Shown here: positions 41,707-50,251 of the stretch, one piece after another
How the letters are laid out: each line of letters starts with the position of its first letter
How positions within the stretch are numbered: position 1 is the first letter of the stretch
Assembly: GCA_046484665.1 (NCBI GenBank)
Contig: JAWOIN010000143.1
Location: forward strand, 21,585 to 85,584
Direction of reading: 5' to 3'
Source of the DNA: Gemmatimonadota bacterium
GTDB lineage: Bacteria > Gemmatimonadota > Gemmatimonadetes > Palauibacterales > Palauibacteraceae
Length of the DNA: 64,000 nucleotides
Notes under the pieces: generated by a model
What the model saw: the letters and a program-made list of their open reading frames with translations, nothing else
Databases searched by the model: none
What the model was told of the DNA's origin: nothing
Position numbers and translations under genes: made by a program

Positions 41707-43051
41707 GCTTCGCGAGCCCCTGGAACCCGCGCGTCCGGACGATCGTCCGGCGGGAGTACCTCGAGCGCGTACGGAGCCGGTGGTTCCTGTTCTCGACGCT
41801 CGTCGTGCCCCTGCTGTTCCTCGCGCTCTCGGTGCTCCCGGTCCTGCTGGCCGGAACCCTCCCGGTCGGACGCCGCGCGGTGGTGGTCGTCGATGCCACG
41901 CCGGAGGAGCTCGGACACGAGCTCGTGGAGCGGCTCCGGCAGGCGGAGGTTCCGGCCGAGCGGCTGACGCAGCCGGGTCCCGGCACGCTCGACCTGGAGG
42001 CGCTCCGCGCGTGGGTGCGGGCGCCGCGCGGAGGGACGGAGACGCAGGATCTAGGGACGGGCGACGCTTCCGCCGACGACGATCGGGAAGCCGAAGCCGG
42101 CCCGTCCGCATGGCTCTACCTCGGCCCCGACGCGGTGCAGAGCGGCGAGGCCCTGCTTGTGGAGGCCCGCGAGCTGGATCCGATCGCGCGCGGCGCGCTC
42201 GACGCCGCGCTCGACGGGGCCGTGAGGACGGCCCGGCTCGAGAAGGCCGGAATTGAAAGGCCCGCGATCGAGGACGCGCTCCGCCCGACGTCGCTGAAGC
42301 GGGCACCGCTGCGCGCGGAGGACGGCCCCTCCGGCTTCCGCACCGGGCTCGGGCTCGTGTTCGCGCTCGTGCTCTACATGATGTTCATGATCTACGGGCA
42401 GATGATCGCCCGCGGGGTGCTCGAGGAGAAGACGTCGGACATCGTGGAGATCCTCGTCTCCTCGGCACGGCCCTGGGAGATGATGCTCGGGAAGATCGTG
42501 GGAATCGGCGCCGTGGGCCTCACGCAGGCGGGAATCTGGGCCGCCCTGCTGCTCGGCATCTCGGCGCTCGGCATCGGAAGCCTGGACCGGCCCTGGCCGA
42601 GCTCGGGATCGACACCGCGGCCCTCTCCGTGCCCTGGGAGCTGATCGGCTGGTCCTTCGTCTACTTCGTGATCGGTTACCTGCTGTTCTCGGCGGTGTTC
42701 GCGGCGGCGGGCGCGATGGTGACGACGGAGCAGGACGTGCAGCAGGCGCTGTGGCCGGTCATGATCCCCGTCATCCTGCCCATGATGCTGCTCCCGATCG
42801 CGATGCAGGCGCCCGACGAGCCGCTCGTGGTGGGGCTGTCCCTGCTCCCGTTCTTCAGCCCCATCTGGATGCCGATCCGGATCGCCGCCACGGAGGTCCC
42901 GCTCTGGCAGTCGCTCACGGCGGTGACGCTCCTCCTGGCGGCGACCCTCGCGCTCGCCTGGCTGGCGGGGAAGATCTTCCGGATGGGACTCCTGATGAAG
43001 GGCAAGCGCCCGAACCTGCCAGAGATCGCGAGGTGGCTGCGCCATGGCTGA
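41703..43051 (+). pseudogene. ABC-2 (NatB-like) permease with a frameshift near 42585
   Basis: The N-part (EEKTSDIVEILVSS, GKIVG) and the C-part (PFFSPIWMP.R, AGKIFRMGLL) are in different frames. One added G restores LGPALAELGIDTAALSVPW. Confidence 0.8.
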
Positions 43052-43883
43052 CCGACGGCCGTTCCTCTCCGTCGTCGCACCTCTCGCGGTCACCGCGGCG
43101 GCGGCGCTCGCCGCTGCCGGGTGCAGATCCGGACCCGAGCGGGCGCTCCGCATCGGTTCCACCACGTCCCTGTACGACACGGGCCTGCTCGACGCCCTGA
43201 TCCCGGATTTCGAGTCACGGCATCCGGGCGTCCGGGTGGAGGTGTTCGCGGTGGGAAGCGGCGAGGCGCTCTCGCTCGGCCGGCGAGGCGACGTGGACCT
43301 CGTGCTCGTACACTCCCCTGCGGAGGAGGAGCGGTTCCTCGAGGAAGGGCACGGGCGGAGCCGCAGGACGTTCGCCCGCAACGACTTCGTGCTCGCCGGG
43401 CCGACTCCGGACCCGGCGGGCGTCCGGGGGCTCGGCATGGCCGAGGCGTTCCGGCGAATCTCGGAGACGGGTGCGCGCTTCGTGTCGCGCGGCGACGACT
43501 CCGGGACGCACCTCCGCGAACGGCGGATCTGGGAGACGGCAGGCCTCTCGCCCGGGTGGGACGGGTACGAGGACGTCGGTCAAGGCATGAGTGCCGCGCT
43601 CCTGATCGCGGGCGAGAGGAACGCCTACGTTCTCACCGACCGCGCCACGCTCGTGACCGTCGGCGGGGGAGTCGCGCTCGCTCCGCTCGTGGAGGAGGAC
43701 CTGCTGCTCGCGAACCACTACTCGGTCATCGAGGTGACGCGGGGGGCGAACCCCGACGACGCACGCGCGTTCGCGGACTGGCTGCTGGAGCCCCGGATGC
43801 TCGAACGGCTCGGCCGCTTCGGGACCGAGCGGTACGGGGCGTCGCTGTTCCGGCCGGTCGTGCCGGGGGCAGGCGTTCCGTGA
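43044..43883 (+). CDS. tupA: Tungstate ABC transporter substrate-binding lipoprotein
   Basis: STTSLYDTGLLD, VGSGEAL, SRGDDSGTH, GQGM, LTDRAT. Confidence 0.85.
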   Translation: MADRRPFLSVVAPLAVTAAAALAAAGCRSGPERALRIGSTTSLYDTGLLDALIPDFESRHPGVRVEVFAVGSGEALSLGRRGDVDLVLVHSPAEEERFLEEGHGRSRRTFARNDFVLAGPTPDPAGVRGLGMAEAFRRISETGARFVSRGDDSGTHLRERRIWETAGLSPGWDGYEDVGQGMSAALLIAGERNAYVLTDRATLVTVGGGVALAPLVEEDLLLANHYSVIEVTRGANPDDARAFADWLLEPRMLERLGRFGTERYGASLFRPVVPGAGVP

Positions 43884-43932
43884 GCGGCCCCGTCGCGGCG
43901 GGCGCCGGACGCGGCGGACCGCACCGGGCCGC

Positions 43933-44655
43933 GTGAACCCGTTCGCGGAGGCGTGGCGGCTCCTCACCGCCGGCGACCTCTACGTCCGCGAGGTCGTCCT
44001 CCGCTCGCTCGCGATCTCCGGCTCGGCGCTCGTCCTCGCCACGGCCGTCGCCGTCCCGATCGGGATCGCGGTCGCCCTCGGGCGATTCCGGCTGCGCCTT
44101 CCCGTCATCCTGCTGCTCAACACGGGGCTCGCCCTTCCCCCTGTGGTCGTAGGGCTGGCCGTATACCTGCTGCTCTCCCGGTCGGGGCCGCTGGGCGTCC
44201 TCGAGCTCCTCTACTCCCCCGCGGCGATGGTCCTCGCGCAGGTCATCCTGGCCGGGCCCTACATCGCGGCCGTCACCCTGGCCGCCGTCGACGCGGTCCC
44301 TGCGGACGTCCGGCTCCAGGCACGCGGGATCGGCGCCTCCCGGCTCCGCGCCCTCGCCCTTCACGTGCGCGAGGCGCGCTGGTCGCTGGTCGCGGCCGTG
44401 GCCGCGGGTTTCGGGGCGATCGTGAGCGAAGTCGGGGCGGCGATGATCGTCGGCGGCAACATCCTCGGGCGGACCCGCGTCATGACCACGACGATCGTGC
44501 TCGAGACGCGGCGCGGGAACTTCGGGGTGGCGATCGCGCTCGGCGCGATCCTGCTGCTGCTCGCGCTCGCCGTGAACGCGGGCCTCCTGGCGATCGCGGG
44601 CCGCCGCCGCGGGCCGCGGCCGTTGTGGCGGACGGGGAGGCCGCCCACCTCGTGA
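43933..44655 (+). CDS. tupB: Tungstate ABC transporter permease
   Basis: LPPVVVGL, SEVGAAMIVGGNI.G.TRVMTT.IVLET. Confidence 0.88.
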   Translation: MNPFAEAWRLLTAGDLYVREVVLRSLAISGSALVLATAVAVPIGIAVALGRFRLRLPVILLLNTGLALPPVVVGLAVYLLLSRSGPLGVLELLYSPAAMVLAQVILAGPYIAAVTLAAVDAVPADVRLQARGIGASRLRALALHVREARWSLVAAVAAGFGAIVSEVGAAMIVGGNILGRTRVMTTTIVLETRRGNFGVAIALGAILLLLALAVNAGLLAIAGRRRGPRPLWRTGRPPTS

Positions 44656-45716
44656 GCGCGCGAGAGCTGCTCGTCGGCGCGTCGCTCCGGCGCGACGCCG
44701 GGGGGCGCAGGATCCTCGACGTCGAGCGGATCGCCGTCCACGAGGGGGAGCTCCTGGCGGTGCTCGGGCCGAACGGCGCGGGCAAGTCGACCCTGCTCCT
44801 CACGCTCGCCCTGCTCGAGCGACCGACCACCGGGTCCGTGCGGGTGGGCGACCTGCAGGGGCCCGCCGCGGAGCGGGCGCTTCGCGAGCGCTCGGCGTTC
44901 GTCTTCCAGCGGCCGCACATGTGGGACGGAACGGTGCGCTGGAACCTCGAGCTCGGACTCCGGCTGCGCGGCCGGTCGCGAGAGGGAGTCGAGGCTATGG
45001 CCGCCTCGCTCGGACTCGAACCGCTGCTCGAGGCCCGGGCGAGGACGCTTTCGGCCGGCGAGGCCCAGAGAGTGGCGCTCGGTCGGGCGCTCCTGCTCGC
45101 GCCCGAGGTGCTGTTCCTCGACGAACCGACGGCGAATCTCGACGCCGAGGCGCGGAACGCGATCCGGGAGAACCTGGACCGCGTCGCGCGGACGCGGGCG
45201 CGCTCGATCGTGCTCGCGACGCACGAGCGCTCCGAGGCCTTCTACCTGGCCGACCGCGTGGCCGTGCTCAGGGAGGGCCGCATCGTCCAGGTGGGCCGTC
45301 CGTCCGAGCTGTTCGAGAACCCCGCCGATCCGTTCATCGCGGGCGTGACCGGTGCCGAGCTCTCCCTCCGCGGACGGGTGGAAGCGGCCGATGGCGAGGT
45401 GCTCGGGGTCCTCGTGGAGGGCGTGCGACTGACCGCCGTGGGACAGGCCGGGGTCGGCTCCTCCGTGCGGATCGGGTACCGGCCCGAGGACCTGCTGCTC
45501 TCGAACGAGGAGCCGTCCGGGAGCGCGCGGAACCGGATCCGGTCCCGAGTCCGGGAGATCCGCTCCCTCGGCGGGCTCGTGCGGGTGCGGCTCGACGGAC
45601 CACCGGAGCTTGCCGCGGTGGTCACCCGGGCCTCGGCGGCCGAGCTCGGTCTCGCGGAGGGGCGTGAGGTCTGGGTGCAGGTGAAGGCCACTGCCCTGCA
45701 CGCGTTCGAAACCTGA
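44652..45716 (+). CDS. tupC: Tungstate ABC transporter ATPase with TOBE domains
   Basis: GPNGAGKST, LSAGEAQR, DEPT, C-terminal VTRAS..LGL..G...VKA. Confidence 0.82.
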   Translation: MSARELLVGASLRRDAGGRRILDVERIAVHEGELLAVLGPNGAGKSTLLLTLALLERPTTGSVRVGDLQGPAAERALRERSAFVFQRPHMWDGTVRWNLELGLRLRGRSREGVEAMAASLGLEPLLEARARTLSAGEAQRVALGRALLLAPEVLFLDEPTANLDAEARNAIRENLDRVARTRARSIVLATHERSEAFYLADRVAVLREGRIVQVGRPSELFENPADPFIAGVTGAELSLRGRVEAADGEVLGVLVEGVRLTAVGQAGVGSSVRIGYRPEDLLLSNEEPSGSARNRIRSRVREIRSLGGLVRVRLDGPPELAAVVTRASAAELGLAEGREVWVQVKATALHAFET

Positions 45717-45783
45717 CGGCCGGTCGGTCGGCGCAGGGTCGGAGCGCGCGGCGGCCGGACGGCCGGACGACGGGCGCACCGCG

Positions 45784-46428
45784 TCAGTCCCTTCCGGCGG
45801 CGGTCTCCTTGCCGTGCACATCGGAGATCAGCGCCATCTGCTCGTCGAGCGTCGACGGCACCTGATGGTGGCGCCGGCAGCGCGCCTCGTAGCTCTCCGA
45901 CCCGCCCACCTGGATCGTCGGGCCCTCGGCCGGCGCCGGCTTCCCGTCGATCAGCCGCTGGTTCCGCGTGGCCAGCTCGCCGCAGATGACGCAGATCGCG
46001 TGCAGTTTGTCGATCCGCTCCGCGACGGCGAGCAGCGGTCCGAGCGGTCCGAACGGCCGGCCGCGAAAGTCCATGTCCGTGCCGGAGACGATCACCCGGA
46101 TCCCGCGGTCGGCCAGGTCGTTGACCACGTCGACGACCCCGTCGTCCAGGAACTGCACCTCGTCGATCGCCACCACGTCGACGTCGTCCTCCACGAACTC
46201 CGCGATCTGGCGCGAGTCGGAGACGGACCGCGCCTCGATCTTCCTGCCGTCGTGGGAGGCGACCAGGTGGATTCCCGAGTAGCGGTCATCCAGGTGAGAC
46301 TTGAACACCTGCACCTTCTTGCGGGCGATGACCGCGCGGCGGACGCGCCGGAGGAGCTCCTCCGACTTGCCGCTGAACATCACGCCCGTGATGACCTCGA
46401 TCGAACCCTCTCGTCCGTCGTGCGCCAT
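45784..46428 (-). CDS. tdk: Thymidine kinase
   Basis: [28 protein letters not shown]...YEARCRRH. Confidence 0.95.
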   Translation of the reverse strand: MAHDGREGSIEVITGVMFSGKSEELLRRVRRAVIARKKVQVFKSHLDDRYSGIHLVASHDGRKIEARSVSDSRQIAEFVEDDVDVVAIDEVQFLDDGVVDVVNDLADRGIRVIVSGTDMDFRGRPFGPLGPLLAVAERIDKLHAICVICGELATRNQRLIDGKPAPAEGPTIQVGGSESYEARCRRHHQVPSTLDEQMALISDVHGKETAAGRD

Positions 46429-46457
46429 GCGAGTCCTGGATCGCGGTCGGTCGTCCG

Positions 46458-46694
46458 CTACTCGTTGGCGAGGCTGCGGGCCAGCATCTCCCGGAGCTCG
46501 TCGTCCGTGGCCGCGAGCAGGGTCCGCTCCGCCGCGACCACGCTCCGGCCCTCGTGGGAAACGAACCGGGCCGGGTTCATGGGGGCGTCGAGACACAGGA
46601 AGAAGATCCGGGCGGTCTCCGGCGTGTCCGGCTGCCCGCCGGACACGTAGACCTCCCAGGTCATGAAGTTCTCGTCGACGATCGATCTGGCCAT
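46458..46694 (-). CDS. Small hypothetical protein (78 aa)
   Basis: [24 protein letters not shown]...[11 protein letters not shown]. Confidence 0.7.
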   Translation of the reverse strand: MARSIVDENFMTWEVYVSGGQPDTPETARIFFLCLDAPMNPARFVSHEGRSVVAAERTLLAATDDELREMLARSLANE

Positions 46695-46705
46695 CGTCCC
46701 GCTCC

Positions 46706-47011
46706 TCACACTTCGACGGACTCGGCGAGCAACTCCCGGAGATCTTCCTCGGTCAGCTCGTCGGCGGCCTCTTTCGGGACTTTCGAGTATCCGGGCGGGA
46801 CCAGCGTGTAGCGCTGCCGGGCGCGCACGTCCGACTTGTTCCGGAACAGGATCATCAGGTTCGGCGACTGCGGGCCCGTCCCGGAGTGGAGAGAAAGCTC
46901 CGCCTCCCAGGGAGTTCCCCTGGCGCTCGTGAACCGGACCTTCCGGCTGTCCGCCGCGCCGTCGAGGCGCCAGATCAGCTTCCTGAGCAGGCCGGAATCG
47001 CTCTTGGCCAT
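46706..47011 (-). CDS. Small hypothetical protein (101 aa), similar to its downstream neighbour
   Basis: [13 protein letters not shown]...[13 protein letters not shown]. Confidence 0.72.
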   Translation of the reverse strand: MAKSDSGLLRKLIWRLDGAADSRKVRFTSARGTPWEAELSLHSGTGPQSPNLMILFRNKSDVRARQRYTLVPPGYSKVPKEAADELTEEDLRELLAESVEV

Positions 47012-47489
47012 GTCCCCCTGCCGTGTCTGTCGGGCTGTGCGAATCGTCGCCGGCCGTCGCCGGCGGCCCATCGCGCGGAGCGTCCCGCGCCGGAACGCCG
47101 GACAAGCTAGGCGCGACACCGGGCGCGAACAACTGCGCATCCGGTGCCGTTCGATCCGGCCCGTTCGGGCGGGCCGGGAGGAAGGCGTGTGGGGGGCGCG
47201 CGCCCCATTTTCGGGGTCCCCGTTGCCGGGGTGCCACACGCTCGGGGTCGTCCCTCGCCCGGCCGCCCGGCGGACCCTTTCCCTCCTCTGAAGTCGCACA
47301 CACGGATAAGATACGAATCGGCAAACAATTGCAGGACCGTGACGCGATCCGGGGCGGCGGACGGACGTTTCCCGTTCGCGGCATTCTCCGGTATGTTTCT
47401 TGAACCCGGGGATGGTTCCCGGCGTTCGTGCGAGGCTCCGGGGGGATCAGGTCCCGTCGCATTCCGAACCAGGCGAGCGTAGCGCAATC

Positions 47490-49220
47490 TTGGGTCTTCG
47501 GTTCTCGATCAACGAGAAGTGCACGTCCTGCATGGCGTGCGTCCGGGTCTGCCCCGTCGAGGCGATCTCTGTCTCCGGGCAGGAGGTCCGGATTGTCGCG
47601 AGCTCCTGCATCGAGTGCGGCCTCTGCGTCCCGAGCTGCCATCACGACGCGATCGACGTGGTGGGCGAACTCGACCGCTGCCTGGACTCGATCGTCGCCG
47701 GGCGCGCCGTGCTCGTGCTTCCGGCGGAGGTCACGGTCTACTTCTATCCGGCCATTCCCGAGCAGATCCTGAACGCGTGCTTCGCCGCCGGCTTCGCGTC
47801 CGTGTACTTCGAGACGCTCGGTGACGAGCTCGTGGCGCACGAGTACCTCCGGATCTGGCGGGAGTCCGGCGAGCGAACGTGGCTGCGGTCCACGAGCCCG
47901 ATCGTCGTGAACTACTGCCGGATGCGGCTGCCGGAGCTGCTGCCGTTCCTGGCGCCCGTCGTGACCCCCGCCGTGGCGCTCGCCCGGTACATCCGTCGCA
48001 CGAAGAGCGAGGAGTTCGACCTGATCTACGCGGGAGTCGGCGCTCCGGGCGCGAACGGCGATCGCGGCTCGTTCGACGCCTGCATCTCGTTCGACGAGCT
48101 CGAGCGCGTGTTCGAGCGCGCCGACGTGAACCCGCTCAGCCAGCCCGTCACGCTGTCGCGAATTCCGCCCGAGCGTCGACGCCACCTCTCGCTCGCGGGC
48201 GGCCTTCCGCGCCCGCTGCTCGAGGAGCAGCGCCAGACCTCCCGGCGCTTCAAGAAGGAGCGGGGTCTCTACTCGCTGTCGGCGGTCGCCCGGGCGGTGC
48301 TGGGGGACGAGGGCTCGCTGGGATTCGTCGACATCCTCCCGTTCGACGGGAATCTCGGACATCCGGCCTACGGTCCGGCCGAGGACCTGTTCTGGCGGAA
48401 GGACATCGCAGAGCTGACCGAGCCTCCGCGCGCCGGGGAGCCGGTGGTCGAGAGCGAGGCTCTGCCGAGCCTCAAGGCGACATTCATGCCGGCCCGCGAG
48501 ACCGTTCCGCCGGCGGATCCGCACGAGGTGCAGCGGATCCTCGATGCGATCGGAACGACTCCCGACGGTCGGCACTGGAACACCGGCTCCTGCGGCCACG
48601 CCACGTGCATCGAGTTCGCGACCGCCGTGGCGCGCGGTCGGAGCACCCTGTCCCTGTGCCCGATCTACCTGGCCCGCCAGTACGAGCGCGCCTCCCGCGA
48701 CGCCCTGCACGACGCGCTCACCGGCGTCTTCACGTTCCGGGTGCTCACGGAGCGGCTCGACGAGGAGCTGTCGCGCGCGAGTCGGACGGGCACGTCGATC
48801 GCCCTGCTGTTCGTGGACATCGACAAGTTCAAGCCGATCAACGACACGTACGGCCATGCGACGGGAAACGCGATCCTGCGGGGGATCGCCGGGATCCTCC
48901 AGCGCGCCGTCCGGAGCACGGACATCGTGTGCCGCTACGGCGGCGACGAGTTCGTCGTGATCCTGGTGAACCCCGACAGGCGCGGCGCGGCGCGCGTCGC
49001 CGAGGAGATCCGGGCGCACGCGGAGGAGTTCCGGGTCTCGGTACCGGGCGGCGATGTGGGGGTTACGCTGAGCGTTGGGGTCGCATATCATTCGGGCATT
49101 ACGCGCACGAATCTCACACGTGAGGAGCTGATGGCGGAGGCGGACGCCGCTCTTTACGTGGCGAAGGCTCAGGGTGGGAACACCGTTCACCCGGCGATCG
49201 GAGGGCAGCTCGTTCGATGA
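47490..49220 (+). CDS. Diguanylate cyclase with 2x[4Fe-4S] ferredoxin, degenerate [FeFe]-hydrogenase-like and FeS domains
   Basis: CTSCMACVRVCP, CIECGLCVPSC, GSCGHATC...CP, DALTG, DIDKFK.INDTYGH, RYGGDEF. TTG start uncertain. Confidence 0.85.
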   Translation: MGLRFSINEKCTSCMACVRVCPVEAISVSGQEVRIVASSCIECGLCVPSCHHDAIDVVGELDRCLDSIVAGRAVLVLPAEVTVYFYPAIPEQILNACFAAGFASVYFETLGDELVAHEYLRIWRESGERTWLRSTSPIVVNYCRMRLPELLPFLAPVVTPAVALARYIRRTKSEEFDLIYAGVGAPGANGDRGSFDACISFDELERVFERADVNPLSQPVTLSRIPPERRRHLSLAGGLPRPLLEEQRQTSRRFKKERGLYSLSAVARAVLGDEGSLGFVDILPFDGNLGHPAYGPAEDLFWRKDIAELTEPPRAGEPVVESEALPSLKATFMPARETVPPADPHEVQRILDAIGTTPDGRHWNTGSCGHATCIEFATAVARGRSTLSLCPIYLARQYERASRDALHDALTGVFTFRVLTERLDEELSRASRTGTSIALLFVDIDKFKPINDTYGHATGNAILRGIAGILQRAVRSTDIVCRYGGDEFVVILVNPDRRGAARVAEEIRAHAEEFRVSVPGGDVGVTLSVGVAYHSGITRTNLTREELMAEADAALYVAKAQGGNTVHPAIGGQLVR

Positions 49221-49957
49221 ATCCCGAGGAGTCGGAAGCCAAGGTCGTCGTCGGACTCGATCCCTGGGGCTTGCGGAGGATCGAGAAGCTCCTGGTCGAG
49301 CTCGACGGCGTCGGCTCCCTCAAGATCGTGCCCGACGGGCACGGCGGGATCGACGAGATCCACGTCCTCAGCTCGGCGGATCTCTCGCCGAAGCAGATCG
49401 TCCGGAACATCGAGTCCGCCCTCCTCGCGCAGTTCGGCCTGCAGGTAGACCATCGCAAGATCTCGGTGGCTCGGCTCCGCGGACCCGATCTTTCGCACGC
49501 GGCCGTGCTCGAGCAGACGGCCGAGGCCACGATGGTGGCGCCGGCGCCCATCACGGCTCCCGCACCAGTGCTCGAACGGAGGCTGGTCCTCAAGGGGCTC
49601 CACATCGATCGGAAGGCGGGCCAGCAGGTCACGTGTCGAGTCGAGATCGAGGACGGGGACGCGGTACACTCGGGCGAGGCGGTAGGACCCGACTTCGAGA
49701 AGGGACGGCTGGAGGTAGCCGCTGCCGCCTTGCTCGAGGCTCTGCAGGAATGCTGCGAGGACGGCGTTCACCTCTCGCTCCAGGGGATCTCACGACTGGA
49801 CTCCTTCGGGCGGTCCTTCGTGGTCGCGATCGTGGGAGCAGCCGAGGGGCGTCGCGGAGTCACCCTGGCGGGCATCTCCTACGTCGAGGACTCGCCCGAG
49901 GAGGCGGCCGTCCTCGCATGTCTCCACGCAACGAACCGCTGGCTTTCCAGCCGCTGA
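49217..49957 (+). CDS. Conserved hypothetical protein; C-terminus resembles the LeuA allosteric domain
   Basis: IDEIHVLS...PKQIVRNIES...DHRKISVA, C-terminal LAG...EAAVLACLHATNR. ATGA coupling to the GGDEF gene. Confidence 0.75.
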   Translation: MNPEESEAKVVVGLDPWGLRRIEKLLVELDGVGSLKIVPDGHGGIDEIHVLSSADLSPKQIVRNIESALLAQFGLQVDHRKISVARLRGPDLSHAAVLEQTAEATMVAPAPITAPAPVLERRLVLKGLHIDRKAGQQVTCRVEIEDGDAVHSGEAVGPDFEKGRLEVAAAALLEALQECCEDGVHLSLQGISRLDSFGRSFVVAIVGAAEGRRGVTLAGISYVEDSPEEAAVLACLHATNRWLSSR

Positions 49958-50175
49958 GCCCGCGCGGCTTGCGCGCGGAGGCCGGAAGCACTTTCTTCAG
50001 GTTAGTTCTAGAGGATCTCTCTATCCCGGGAACAGATCGGCACATCTGACTTTTTGAACAGCACCCCCGAGCCCTTGCGGCGGTCGGAAGCTGAGCGGAG
50101 AGGAACCTCCGAGCGGAGCTGAAGCATACCCACTAGCGGTTGGGTATGACTTTCACGCGAAAGGAGGTAGACTCT

Positions 50176-50220
50176 ATGTGGCTTCTTAGCTTGCTCTTCG
50201 GCGGAACGCTGAGGTGGTAA
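50176..50220 (+). CDS. 14-aa peptide MWLLSLLFGGTLRW
   Basis: AAGGAGGT SD at 50161-50168, 7 nt before the ATG. TAA at 50218-50220, 31 nt before the HD-GYP ATG. Confidence 0.7.
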   Translation: MWLLSLLFGGTLRW

Positions 50221-50251
50221 GCCGCGGGGGACTCGGGGGTTCCTTTTGACC

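Noticed and set aside
47320-47350. GGCAAAC...GACGC upstream of the GGDEF gene, resembling a c-di-GMP-I riboswitch
   Set aside because: No GNRA-capped stem between the motifs and no AAAGC or second stem after GACGC. An Infernal scan would settle it.
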